From contig JAYWIR010000019.1 in assembly GCA_036172245.1 (NCBI GenBank), forward strand, positions 2,418,001-2,482,000: a stretch of DNA of 64,000 bases, in the 5' to 3' direction. The notes under the pieces were generated by a model, which saw only the letters and a list, made by a program, of their open reading frames with translations, did not search any database and was not told where the DNA came from. Shown one piece after another: positions 25,071 to 38,391 of the stretch. The DNA is from Raillietiella orientalis (lineage: Eukaryota). How positions within the stretch are numbered: position 1 is the stretch's first letter; each line of letters begins with the position of its first letter. The position numbers and the translations under genes were made by a program.

Positions 25071-28000
25071 TACTTGCAGCCGCATCTTCGCCGTAGAAAG
25101 AAATGTGCAATTTACCTTCCTCAAGATGCTTGGAAAAGATGTTCGAAAACAGACTGACAAAAAAGGCCTCTGGAAAGATGTTTCGAGTGTCTATCTTTTG
25201 TTGCGATAGGATGCTCTTAGTAACCCCACCGTTTGTGGTGTGATCCGATATGAGGTTATGAGACGAGATTAGACATGTGGTTGCTTAGAGTCGTTTTGCA
25301 TCATTGCCTTCGTTCTTCAGCATCAAGTTTGGTCTCTCTCGTTTTTTAAACCTCTCACTCCATTTGCTTGGCGGTCACGGAGCCGCACTTTTATGATTAC
25401 CATCCAGGCATTCGAATACCACCTTCAAGACAAAGACTCTGCGAAGTGCGTATTTCAGAATGCCTAGTAGCTCGATCATTTTGACATCTTGTTGTCAGTG
25501 AGATGCCTGGCAGAGCTCAGAAAGTTTTAATTAAATTTCGAGAAGCCCCAGCAAAATTTCCAGTGGTTGTGTTTTAAGCATTTGGTTCCCTCTCATTCTC
25601 TTTTAGGATTATTACGAATTCTGTTATTCTTATGCGTTAATAGAAGGAAAGCATCGTGTTTGGGAGACACCCACGTCAAACAGGAGTTGACGACATTCCA
25701 CGTGGTTGTGCGTTTATTTGTGGGGTTTTCGAATTCTAAAATATTTTAGGACGCACGGTTAACCGTGGGTTCGGTTCCGTCAACGCGTTGAACCTGAAAC
25801 TCTCAGCAGCACAAGAAGACCAACCCCCCCCCCTCCCCCCGGCGGCTGTACGCTGAATCGCCCCTGACTTTGGCTTGAGCCTCACGAGCCAATCTTTCCA
25901 TTTTGAGCCATATATTAAACTTGTTGCTTCCCTTCCCGAATCGCAGACATCTCTTTACGTCTCTCGGAGGAGAGATCGTTAATTGACTCTCGTCTTGTCT
26001 TTGAACATGGAACGTACGGAAATTGGGTTGATTTTTAATCTGACTACGGTTATTAATCAGCTATTTCTTAGATCATGCGATTCATGCTGTTCCAAGGAAG
26101 ATCCGCGGAGAGGATGAAGCGACTCCGAGCGCTACTGTGTCCATCTCGCTAGTTTTTTGATCATCCGCGCGGAACTGCAACATCCTTTGACACGTTGATT
26201 GAATTGGTCCGCTCGATGATTTCAAATAATTCATGGATGAAAAGGATGCTTGTGTACGTGAGGAAAGGTCAGCATCAGTAGATTTAGGGAGCGAGGTGAC
26301 ATTGTAGTATGTGCATCAACGTGTTCGCCACTGTGCCTCATCTCATATTCATTGCTCTCATCAGGTTTCTGTAAGAACGGGATTCCATCAGTTCCCGCTG
26401 TTCACGAACGAGATTGAACAAATCTGATCCCGATTAATATTTAATGTAATCTATGAATTGATTACCATAAATAATCAGTTGTTATAGCGAGCAGTAATAA
26501 TTCATCTCGAGTGACGGCAGGAAATCGTAACCTAGGTGAAATGTGAACTGAGGTGTACGTACGAAATGCTGCCGCGGCAGTTTCGGAGTCCTGCTGCATT
26601 CAATGAATGACCGTGTTCGAATGGAACTTTCGAGACGTTTGATTTTTATGCGGGGCAGCAGCGTTTGACTTCATTTCTTTTAGATTATGCAGATGCAAGG
26701 TGTATTTGACAAGAACATTTAATAATGATAATGATAATAATAATAAAGCACTTGCACCGGATTTCGTCCTTCATCAGGTGGTAGCCTGGTTCCTTCTCTA
26801 ACTTTGGGCCTACAAGCATAGAGCAGGGGCAGCCGCCATTTTGAATATTCAGGAGTCCATTCACGGCTCGGTGAGAAAAGTTTGCCGACATTTACCGTAA
26901 ATTATTTACCTGCACTCTCGTTTGATGTTTAAATTTTCCCGAGTATAGTGGTGCGTGGTGTCGAAAACTGAATGTCCGCGTTGTGAAGAGCAGAGGTTGA
27001 TGATTCATGACGTTCTTGTTCCAACCTAAAATTTACTGGGAGGGAATTTTTGTTCGTCAACTACTGGTAGTTGAGGTCAGGTCGCGTTCAGTATCTTGAT
27101 GGTGACTTTATAAATTCAGGCCGGCGATGAATTTCGGTGTGGGAGTGAACGTGTGCGATGCGTGTGTTCTAAAAAGTACGAAACAACGTACGTATCAGAT
27201 GTCAGCAGGAAAATTCGTTACTTGCGAGCTCGTCTTCTAAATGGAAGTGCAAATAGAAGAAGAGTGTCAAGGCGACGCCGTTGTCGTCCTTGCTTATCCT
27301 GTGAATAGTTGAAGCACTTGATTCTAGTGGTACTAATTCCTAGGGATCCACGCATGAATAGGACACGTAAAAGTTATTATTTTCTCATCGGACCGTGATC
27401 TATGCCTTGATTCAGTGTGGAAGGTGTTCCTGTTTGCTCCAGCATTTCAATGCGAGACCGAGGAAGGTAATTTTTGAGGTATGGAAATCCCCCTTTCCCA
27501 GAGTTTTTCGTGTTCCGATTTCGAATTCAAAGAATGGTTCGTTTGCTGGATTGCAATTACGATCAAGCGTTTGCCTTATTTGATGGGACGCGGTCGAATT
27601 CACCGCTGCCAGTTTCTTACGTCTCCCGTTGCATTTTTCATGTGCATTCTGAGTTTTCCCGAATTCTGTGCCTTGGTTATATATCGACTTTGCTGCTCAC
27701 TGATTTTAATATTCATTAGCTTCTATTGTCTATTTGTGCATTTTGTTTCTGAGCGAAGATGTAAAAAAGAAAAAAAAAGAAAAAAAAAAATTTCCCTCTT
27801 TCTGCCCGGATCCGTTCAAACTTTCCATCCATCCTTTCGTTTTCGGGATAGTTAATTAGAGATTGCTAATTTCGAAGACTGATCGTCGCATTTCTAAGGC
27901 ACCTTCTTTGGAGAGTTTGCGGCGATGTTCGCGAATATTCGAGCGGCAACGGGTAATTATTATTAGGCTCGATCCTGGCTGATGTAATTATCGCTTCCCG

Positions 28001-31000
28001 GTCTGCATTGGTTTCCTTGTTCCTGCCGGATTGCCGCACTTTGCCACGGGTTTGCTTCCTTCTTCCTCGCCCTCCTCCTCCTCCCAGCTTTTCTTCCCTT
28101 TTCAGTCGCGACCGGCCACGGGAGTTCTATTGCGCGTCGTCAACGTTTCCCGACTCGATCCAGGCGGTGACGCTTCGGGATGTTTCCCCGTTAAAGTGCA
28201 TCTGTTTCTTTTCAGGTGCAAAGGTACACCCTCGTTCTGCATCCTCGTTTTATCAATCCATTCACGCGTCCTCAGCATCATATCCTTCGACTCGAGATCA
28301 CCTGTTGAAAAATTTATCGATCAGCGCGACGAGCCTCCTCGGTGTATGGTTCCCTCCCCCTTTCCTCCTCCTCCTCCTCGTTTCCCTTGCTATGATTTCG
28401 CCAGCTCTGCAGAATGCCCGTCTCGCCCCGAGCACGGTGAAAATGTAGCACCATCGGGAGCTGATTAGAACTTCAGTGACCGACAGCATCTTGTTTTGAA
28501 TCACGTGTGTCTTTTTCGCCGCGGACCTTCTAGCTGAATGCTGACCCACTTGTTGATGCGGACGAAAACGGGCCCCGGTCGGCCTCACGCGTTCCCAGGT
28601 CTTGGGGATCACCCTCTCCCGAATCAGGCGAATTGCCCTTCTACATCCGTTTCGGGATCGCGCTCGATTTTCACCCGGGTGCACCGTTATTGCAAGAAGT
28701 TGTGGTTGGACCGACCACGGCCGATTCAGGGGAGACCCGCCGGGTCTCAGACCGGCGCGGTCCACCACGGCAGCGGGGTGATGGGGGTGGGGGACAAACG
28801 AAAAGAAAAAAAAGAAAACAAAAACAACAACCCTTTGGGGGAGGAGGTTCGGGACCGCGCTCGAAGAGTACCTGGGCAGGATCGGGCCTCGTCTGAGGGA
28901 CCGACCGACGATTCACCGATGGCACCACGTATCCGGTGGTGCCACTTTTCTAACGGAAGTGCTTCGTAGTTACTACCAATGTGATAACTCGGCCGCCGTG
29001 GTGTGTGTGCCTCGCCTTATGCCCAACGCACATTCATTAATTTGAAATGAAAAGGCGGCCGGGCGTTCTTCTGTGGGATTCGGTAGGGAAATCCTTCCAC
29101 GTGTTCGGTGGTTGCCGCGTTTCTGCATCTCGGATCAAGTAAGCAATCAAAGAGTGTCCTTCTTCTTTTTCTTGTTGCTGTTTGCAGGCCCATTTACTTC
29201 CCGCAATTTTCTTCCTGCGTGGCCCATCACTAAAAAATAATGCGCGTCAGAAATACGCGATGTTTTTTTCTTTTTTTTTTCCTTCCAAACCCAGCAAAGT
29301 GGTCTTTGGTTCACACGAGAGGATTTCGTTCCGTGAATGACTTGAAATGAGTGATCTCCGTAACTTACCGCCGTACGACATTCATGGTACTCCGCATTTT
29401 TAAATCATAATGAAGGACCGAGGCCGTGATGAGATCGTAATGAACAGGTTGCGAGGTGACAAGTGATGCTCAGCGTCTAGACATCCCTTCCTGCGAAGTA
29501 TATTTACAGCCTGAATCTCCAACAGGCCTGCTATTCAGTGATAGAGCGTTTTCGTCTTCTCCGTCTCGTGCTTTCCGCATTGGCTTATTGCTGCTGCTTT
29601 TTTTTTTTTTTTTTTTTTTTTTTCGCAGCTATTTATTCAGGAGGCGAGCGAAAAACTTTCAGTACACTGATTCTCGGGATTTTTCTCTGTGCCACGCTGA
29701 TCCTGTCTTCGCCCGTCCCTTCATCAAGCGATATGGGACCTGTGGGGGTCACCCGCGGGTTCGCCGCCGACTTCCAGTCGCAGCGATAACGTCAGGGCGA
29801 GATGCAGCCATGGAAACCTGGAATCAAAACGCGGGCTCCCGGGACGTAGGTTTCGGGAACCCGCGTTTTTCTTCTTCCCCGTGTCTCCCCGGGATGATGG
29901 AAGCTCTTCGGCTGCGCAGCAGGGTCATCGGTGCGGAGTGAGAGCGAGTTTGTAGGCAACGCCTGCGAAATCCGCGCTTCATGGGAACCTTCCTGGCGGG
30001 ATCCAGCGTTCTCCCACTCGGGTGTGGGGTGTGGGTGAGGGGTTGCGATCAAGGTTGACTCCTCGTCTGACCCAGGAAAGACGGTGATCTCGCCGTACGT
30101 CGATGAATGAGTTCAGACGGTTCGGGTTGATGTTGAATTTCGAAATGCCTCTTCTCCGCAGTCACAAGTTTCCCTTTTTTCCTTCCCTTTCCCCAGCCCG
30201 TGGGAAGTTTCCTATTCCCGAATCTAAAAATTGCCTTTGGTCCACAAGACAGTTTCGGAGTGCAGTTCTCCTGTGAAATCGTAGTTTAAAAAGTTGAGAT
30301 TCTGAAAATTAACGGGCGCAGCAGCCCGCATTTTACGGAAGGCAACTGCCATCCGGGAGCTTTCCGTGGAGAGCAATATTAAAGAACTTTTTGGTTTTTC
30401 TTCGAAAATATGATGGGACGTCATCTCTCGCAGCCTTTCCTCTGCGTTTCGAGGCGCTGCTGCTGTTTTATTAATGTTTATTGGTGCATCGTTTTCCTCG
30501 TCAGTCCCGACTTGGACTCTGGAGCTCTCCTGTGGAAACCGGGATTTCGTTTTGCTGCTGGGCCTCTTGCAAACGGACGAGGCATTATCTTTCATCGGAG
30601 ACGGAAAGATTATCCTTAATTGCTCTGATGAGATCCGTTATTGCTTCAGAGTTTATACGTTGCGACCGTTGGTTTATTTTGAAAACGTATCCGTTACGAT
30701 TTTGGTTTTAATTGTGCGGAATTCGTTTTTCAGCCTCTGAAGTGAAATTGCTGGTCTGGACCTCTCTCTGTGCGCAAACGCTGATTGCATTTCCACTGAC
30801 CACATCTGCAAATCGTTGAAATGTTTGTTTTTTTTCTTGCCGTGAATTATTTGGTGCGTTGCGTTATTTCCTCCCCCATTCGAAATTCATTCGGATTTTT
30901 CCACCAAACTTTTCCTTTCCCGCGCACGCAAACATAACGTTATTGATGGCTACTCTTCTATCAATCGGTACTCTGCAAGAGGTAAACAGAAAGATGGATC

Positions 31001-31239
31001 TCTGGAAAGATGGAACGAGAGTGAATCCGTGTCTCTTAGCAGGCTGCCACAAGTGTTGGAAGGCGTTTTGGAGTGTATCGAGAAATACATAGTTCAGTTT
31101 GCCATCCCTCGTGGTCCCTGAGATTCCGTGGTGTCTGTTCAGTTTTTTTCTTTTTTTTTTGAAATTCACTGGATTTACTTCGACTTCCACAGTCTTTTCA
31201 CAGGCAGTGATGTATGCATAACAGATCCAAAACCAGACC

Positions 31240-31276
<37 letters not shown>

Positions 31277-33129
31277 GTATCTGCGAATAGTTTATATTTT
31301 TTACCCCAGGGTTGCTATGACGAAACGTTCGTCTCCGTCGTTCCGTGCTGCTGACCCGTAACTGAGGTGTGCTCTTTGCCACCAATCCGCGATGGTCGCA
31401 TGTATAACATTGCATTTCTGTTGCACCCATAACATCGTAGGTGACCTAGTGTTGAGCTCGACGAACTCGAGCGCAAGAGTCGCATGCACACGCATGACCT
31501 ACGGAGTGTCGTCTCGGTATTGATTGATGTGCACTAATGTCTGGTGTCCTCAGCGACGAAGGTGCCGGGATTTCGTGTTCCGCGACTGCGTTCCCCATGC
31601 CTTGTAATTTTCAGACCTGCCCGTCCGATTCTTCCGATTGCTCAAAAGTAGACCTAGGCGTTGCATGAATTGATTTTTTTCCCCCAACTGGCTCTCTTCT
31701 ATTAGAAGGCGTGTGAGGGCACGGCTGCTCTGTGAGAGGTATGGATGCGTACGGGATGCCCGTGTTTCCAGGGGTGAGAGTTCGCAGCCGAACACTTGGT
31801 GACCAGTGTTCGACAACTTTTTGGTCACCGCATACGCGGGCAATACTTGGCCGAACAAGTGGATGATGACACCGTTATCGTTATCGTCAGCAGTGTCATC
31901 GATGTGTAGGGAGAATATTTTTTATATGCAGTTTCGGATGTCGACGGATCCTTTAAAAAAAGGGGAGGAGGGGAGGGGACAGCAACAAAAAATTTGGCGC
32001 AGAATTTCAGCTTCCCAAATAGTGCAGGAGCATCGCAAATGGAAAATGCTCATTTCGTATGATAGAGATTATTTCGTGTGTCCATTCTTTAACACATGTT
32101 TGCTTCACTATCACTCGAATGTCTGATAGGAATTGTAATTATGATGCCAAGTATAATTCCAATTAGGAATTCGTTAAATAGGGAGCACTCGGAAACGGAT
32201 TATGTGTCCTAATCGTACAGATCCTTGAAGATAGGATGGAAATATTAGACTACGGCACTGCTTTTAGGTCTGCTTTTCGACTACGGGCCTTTTCAAAAGT
32301 TTGACCGGCAAGTTCCTCAACCTTGTCGTTTTCCAAACAGCTTCGATAGGAGTACCAATAAACATGGCATCATGTTAACAACCGTTTTATTGTCTGCGGG
32401 GATGTGAATTGATCTAACCCACTGGGAACAACGTAATTTATAATATTTTCCTGCTGTACATACCCGAAACACATCATTCAGGACGGGGGGGGGAAAGAAA
32501 AAAAAAAAGATGCTGTTTGGAAAAAAAAAAAAAAAAACTCGATTGTGGACACGGTTAATAAGTTTCTTTGTGTTTAGAGTTGCTTTTTTTGGTCTGTTTT
32601 TGCACCGAGACTGCTTCTTTCTGTTGATCTGTTGTGATGCAAGAACTTTTAATTCAATTACCAGTTTTCAAAAAACATGTTTAAGAAGCGTGTTTGGGAT
32701 TAGCGAGTTCTTGTGAACCGGGGAGGGGTTAAAAGAAAAAAAAAAAAAAAGAAGAAACAAATCATCCTCATAAATGCTTCGACGAAAGAATCCCGGAGAA
32801 TCGTAAATGCAAGGAAAGATCAGAGCAGCTGCAAGATTTAAATCAAAAATGCAGAAAAATGGGCTTTGCCAGCTTCTTGGTGCTTTATGGAGAGCTAGTG
32901 CGTTTCTCAATTGCACTGCATGAATCCACCGAATGTGCAGTGGTGCGAAAGGGACTGAAACAAGGAATGGTGTACGAGTAGCAGAAAAATATTCCCAGAA
33001 GGAAGCAGATGGCGTTACAAATGCAGAAGGTAATAACCTCTGTTTATGCGAGGGTCTGTTCTCCCAGGAGCGGTATCGAACACTCTTTGGCCTCAAATCT
33101 TGGTCTTCTAGCGTGTTAATTGCGAGATT

Positions 33130-33290
33130 TCGATCCTCTCAAAGCCCATTCTGAACGCACCCTTTCGATTGTAATTTTGATGCTCCCATCAACGATCCAG
33201 GAACAGGACACAGCTTGGCAGAACTTTACGCAACCATGGATTCATCAACTTGCAGAGTTGGGCAAAAGTTTTCTCTAACTGTAGAAAACG
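33130..33290 (-). mobile_element. piggyBac-like transposase fragment
   Basis: PTLQVDESMVA (VDESMV at 33232-33249) matches the first catalytic Asp motif, followed by an RMGF (RFGFK-like) segment. Confidence 0.45.
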
Positions 33291-36200
33291 TTAGTGTAAA
33301 TAACCCAGAAGGTCACGAGGCGGTTTTTTTTTAGCCCGAATCTTTGGTGGATGACATGAATTCGTTAAAGAGTAGTTTTGCCGGTGTCCCTCTTCTCGGG
33401 GACTGCGATGCCATGAAGTCTCAGTAGGTGACCACAAAGTACCTTCGTTTTTTCCTTTCTCCGTAGCCTTCATGACACGCTGGTGGTTCCGATTAAGATG
33501 GGTGGTTCGGTACTTCTTGGAATTCGAAAATTTGCAAGCCGAGTGTAAGTGGCGTGTTGTTTCGTGTGCCGTGGCATCTGCGCTTCTCAGAGTTGGAAGC
33601 TGCTCGCATTCGGTGTGTCGACTAAGTGACCAGGGAACCAACCTCGTCTTTCAGAATGTGCTCACCGGTGATGTGTGTTTTCCTTTGATGTTGAGAGTGC
33701 ACCAACAGCGAACTCGGAAACACGACAAGTCTTTGAGCCAAATTCCAAGCCATGCGTCACTTGTGCAACACGATTGTGTTCAGACGCATCAATCTCTTGT
33801 GTGTGTGTGTGTGTGTGTTTTTTTTTAAACATCCTATTTAGATATTACGTAATTGTCATGCCATGCGACGAATTTACATTGATTCTCATATACAGTATCT
33901 TCATCTCGATGTGGAAAGTTGTTCATGCGAGAGAATGGTTGTGTAAGTGTGCATTAACGAACGTTGTCTGTTTTCGATAGCACGAGTAGGCGCAGGGAGT
34001 ACTTACTGCAAACGAAATCAGGATAAGTAATCCTTGAGGTCTTTTCCCGATCCTTTGCTTTGCCCTCGATATTGGCACGCGATGTTTTCGTGCGTGTCGC
34101 GGTGGAGTCACCACTGTATGAGGTGTGCTCGGATGGGAGCACCCTTGTACACCACCTGCGCAAAGCCCGGGGCTGCGTTCCAGGACGACGCGATCTCTTC
34201 GGCGTGAGAGGCTTTGCGCGCGCGAAGACACATCGGATTTGGGGACGGTCTATTGACCGAGGTGTACGTAAACACTAATCGACAATTTACGAGCGTTCCA
34301 GCAATGCGTACGGGCATTCTAGAAGATCCTGGGATAAAACTAGCATCAGACAATACTTGAAAATTACCTGACACATATATAGGATGGGAGGTTTTGTCTT
34401 TTTTTTTTTTTTTTTTTTCTAAGAGGATTACTGCGTTGAATGTGTCGCAGTGCCCTTTCAAGCAGAGGTTCAAAAGATGTCTTCTGATTCTGTAATGCTG
34501 AGTAAGGGAAGCATTTGTTAGAATTACGAAAGTCGAAGATTATCCACCTCGTAAGATATATATATATATATTTTCCTTTGGCCGGTATGAATCATTTTCC
34601 TACCTGCAGACGAAATCACTCAAGTGATCATTCCAGGGAAAAGTCGCTGACGTCTGCGCGCGCAATCCTAGAGGAAACGTTTGTCGGAAAGAACGAAATA
34701 GGAGTAATCCCATCCGACCTTTCAGGATTGTTTAAATTAAAATATGTAAAGACTGTCACCCTAACCCCGTTAGGGGAGCGTGGTAGTTTGAAAACATTTC
34801 TCAATATGCAAATCAGACGCCACTGCGTTTCCATAACAACGTGGCTACTGCTAAGCGCGATCCTGAGCTGCTTGCTACGTAGCTGTTGTTCGTGGTTGTT
34901 CAGATTGGATGTGTGCCTGGTTGGGCATGTTGTTTTTTTGTTCATGTGTAAGCTGGAAAAGGCTTCGATGTGCACCTAGGTCTTCTCAGAGATGGTGACG
35001 CCATGCTGCCAGTTCCTTTCCCTAAATTAAGGTCTTGCGAAATGATGCTCCAAGGTGATCAGGCGGCTGGTCTGGAAGGTGAACACCTCTCCCTGTTTTC
35101 CGCTCATCCTTCCGAGAATTCTTTTCCCTGCGGGTTCGAGCCGCTGGTGGTGCACCGTTGGTCCAAGCTGGATGCGGAGCGTGAGTTCGATGATGCGTGC
35201 ACACCCGGGAAAAAAAAAAAAAAAACAGTTACATTTTGGCACTTCAAATTTTAGCATTTTCAAGAGAATTTATCCAGACAGTGAAGGTTTCCACTCGTCG
35301 TGTGCTTCTTAGCTTCTGAGAAGAGAAAAACTTCGTACGTTCCCTTGTTGGCGCCTTGTTATTTACTGCCGATGCCGATAAATAGCACATCTTCACTACA
35401 TTACACGGTTCCGTCGCACTGGCTCTTAGAAATCGGTACTGGCGGGTACCGTTATAACAGCAAATAGGGATTTTATTCTTGCGTAAGCTGTTGGGAAAAG
35501 AGAGAGATCCTGATCTTTGATTCAGTTCACGGGGAAGGATGAACCTTTCCTTTCCCGGGGAACCATCCTACAAAGAAGAAGATACAGCGCGATCATTAGT
35601 TTTGATTCAGATGCGGTTTTTTTTTTTTTTTTTTGGCGGACGCCGTGCTCTTCTTGATGTCGAATAAAAAAAGAAAAAGAAAAAAAATTCGGCATCAGTT
35701 CTCCTCCTTAATCGGTCCTCGCGAGATGTAACTCTTGACAATTTCGGGAATTAAAGCGAAAAGACAAACACTTATCGTAATGATATGCAGTTTGAGACTG
35801 CCAAGCGTCCTGATTTTTTTTTTTTTTTTCCTCCTTGCCCTCCTCGAAGGCAAGGGGAAAAGATGACAAAATTATCCGATTCTTATTATGGGATAATAAT
35901 TCTCTTAAGAAGTGGACACGGAACAAGAAAAGCGATGCTTGATAAGCGATCGTTTCGTGTTCTCGGATGCTCAGCGTAGGCGTTGCACCAGAGGATGTTT
36001 GATAAGCGAGTTTTTCCAGTAAATCCATCACCGTGAGCTGCTCACGTTGAATTTCGGCTGTCCATAAATCTCAATTGCAAAAACGGAAGGAATGCAGGCT
36101 CCACGGAACGGCCGAATGCCTCATTCCGCTTCGTAAAAAGCCAAGCCCGGTAGAGTCACGCCGTGGTGAAGAGAAAGTCTTTTGTTAACTGTAATTGGAT

Positions 36201-36582
36201 TAATCCGGTAGCTGGACCAGTCGGCCTCATTTGCTGATTCGATTTCGCGTCACTTCAATAATTTGGGGTTGTTGTTTTCCTTGCGGAAATTCCTCACGGC
36301 GAGCACGCCGCTTCCCGTAGGACTCCTCAGGCGGAGGGGAACAAATACGTAAATTCGTTTCCAGGATGCCAGCGCGGAATAACAGCAGCTGAAAGTTCGG
36401 ATGAATTTCTGCGCGCAGGGCAAAACAGATACCCTCATTCTTCGGTAATTCTTTTTTCGCACCAAGAAACTTGCCGCAGCGTTCAGCACACCAGGGAACA
36501 CCCTCGTGTCCTGAACTTGAAATGCTTGCTGTGTTTGTCCTTCCGTGCTTTTGTCAGAAACTCATGAAACTCTCTTTGTAGA

Positions 36583-36741
36583 ATGGAGAAGATCAAAATT
36601 GATATAGAGAAGCTCCCGCCAGAAGTTTCCTGTAACTGCCCTGAGCCACCTCCTGTATTTAACATTCCCCCTCCTCCTTTTCTCGAGCAGGAAGGAAATT
36701 GTAAATCAGGAGCATATTCCAATAACTGTGATATTTTACCT
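36583..36741 (+). CDS. Uncharacterised single-pass membrane protein, coding exon 1 (Cys/Pro-rich N-terminus)
   Basis: Acceptor TCTCTTTGTAG immediately precedes A-ATG; MEKIKIDIEKLPPEVSCNCPEPPPVFNIPPPPFLEQEGNCKSGAYSNNCDILP; donor GTAAGT at 36742 (phase 0). Confidence 0.8.
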
Positions 36742-36804
36742 GTAAGTTTCGTGGTTTTTTACCTCCTCCTTGGATACTTGAGTGGACTAGCAAGTGTGCT
36801 CCAG

Positions 36805-36917
36805 ATTGAGGATTCCCAGATCGTGAAGAATTTCGATGCCCCATCCTTAGCGATTGCTTTGCTGTGTTCGCTGTTGTTCGTTGTCGTTCTTCTGTCTTCC
36901 ATCATTTGCTTATGGAG
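36805..36917 (+). CDS. Coding exon 2 (transmembrane helix)
   Basis: Acceptor CTCCAG; IEDSQIVKNFDAPSLAIALLCSLLFVVVLLSSIICLW with a ~23-aa hydrophobic stretch; donor AG|GTAAAT, phase 2. Confidence 0.8.
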
Positions 36918-37647
36918 GTAAATAGCGTGAAAAAAAAAAAAAAAAAAACATGTTTTCCTTCTTCTTCTCCTTGCGTGAACTTTTATTCCCCTGCCAAAAT
37001 GTTCGTTTGGTCTTGCAAGACACCATCGACGCTTTTGTCAAGTCCTCGTGTTCCCATGCATTACAGCGTGTGTCAGCGCGCTGCTCCTTTTCCCTCATCA
37101 GGCCGTCGCCTTCCAGGCGGCAGCAGCAGCAGCATCCCTGCAGCTAAAGTGCAGAGCGTTTCATTTCCGCATCCGCTGCTAGGTAGAGAAAACATCCGTT
37201 GCAACGTGTACGTGCACTCTTGTTTGAGCAGCGAATGCATTCGATTTTTATGCAGATCCTTTTGATCCCTCGCTACACTGCCTGTACTGTTTTTGTTTTT
37301 TGTTTTCTTCCCCACCTCCTCCCCGCGCCTGCTATTTGTTCGCTTTCCATTCGGAGATCCCAGCGCTCTGGACAACCGTTACGCACACTGTGCATAACTT
37401 GCAGAACAGCATGCAACCTCCTGCTCAGCATCTGGATCTCCCTACCTGCCCGAAATTTACATTCTTTATGCACTAAACTGTTCGTACCTCCTATCCTTTC
37501 GTGGAGGTGCAGATCCACAGCAACCCAATATAAAAGTGAACATTAATTTCTGGAATGAATTTGCACTTTCTTGACTCAGTCGAAGGTGGGAAGGTACGCT
37601 TAATAATAATAATAGTAATAACGATTTTCTCGTATGTGTGCGCGTTT

Positions 37648-37681
<34 letters not shown>

Positions 37682-38264
37682 ATCGCATCTTCGGCAGCAT
37701 TGCCTTGCAAATGCTGCGGCATTCGTGCAGTAATGATCACACCTAACCCCGAAGTTATGTTCCGATAACTTCCTATTGAATCAAGGCACGTCGTATAATT
37801 GATAATTTAATAATAAGAGTGATTAAGCGCACTCTCGTTCCCCTCATTTTCGACGCGCCAGGTCAATAGCGAGCAGCTTTCCAGATTTCACTGGGATGTG
37901 AAAATTCCGGGAACCCATTAAAGAAGCACTGATTTCTGCACGCGCCCCGACAGTGCCTGTACTTGAGAGATTAGTAAAGTTTGAGAGAGAGAGAGGAAAA
38001 AAAAAAACGTTCCTGAGGGAAAATACCCACCATAACACTTTCATCAGGAAATCGTACTGCACGTGCACGAACTTGTTCTCTCGAGTGGTGTACGTGAACT
38101 TTCGTACGTGCCCAAGATGCAAAACCTCATTCTCTCCCCCCCCCCCCGCCTCTTTACAACTGATGTCTAATAAAGTAAATCAAATCTAGAAGGGAATGAC
38201 GCATCGGATTTTCATAATAGTCCTGATTACCAGACGCTTTCACCCAAGTGCTGTCGTATTCCAG

Positions 38265-38391
38265 GAAACGGACTCAGAATGCGCAGTCTGTCAAAGAGGA
38301 CACGAATCTCTACGAGAATCAAACCCACTTCGACGACTGTTCGACTGCTGCTGAAAGATTGATGATGTCCGGCAAGTTGCGCCGCCAGGAG
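38265..38391 (+). CDS. Coding exon 3 (juxtamembrane basic residues and YEN motif)
   Basis: Acceptor TATTCCAG; the phase-2 join gives W-R-K-R (positive-inside) then TQNAQSVKEDTNLYENQTHFDDCSTAAERLMMSGKLRRQE; donor GAG|GTAACT, phase 0. Confidence 0.75.
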
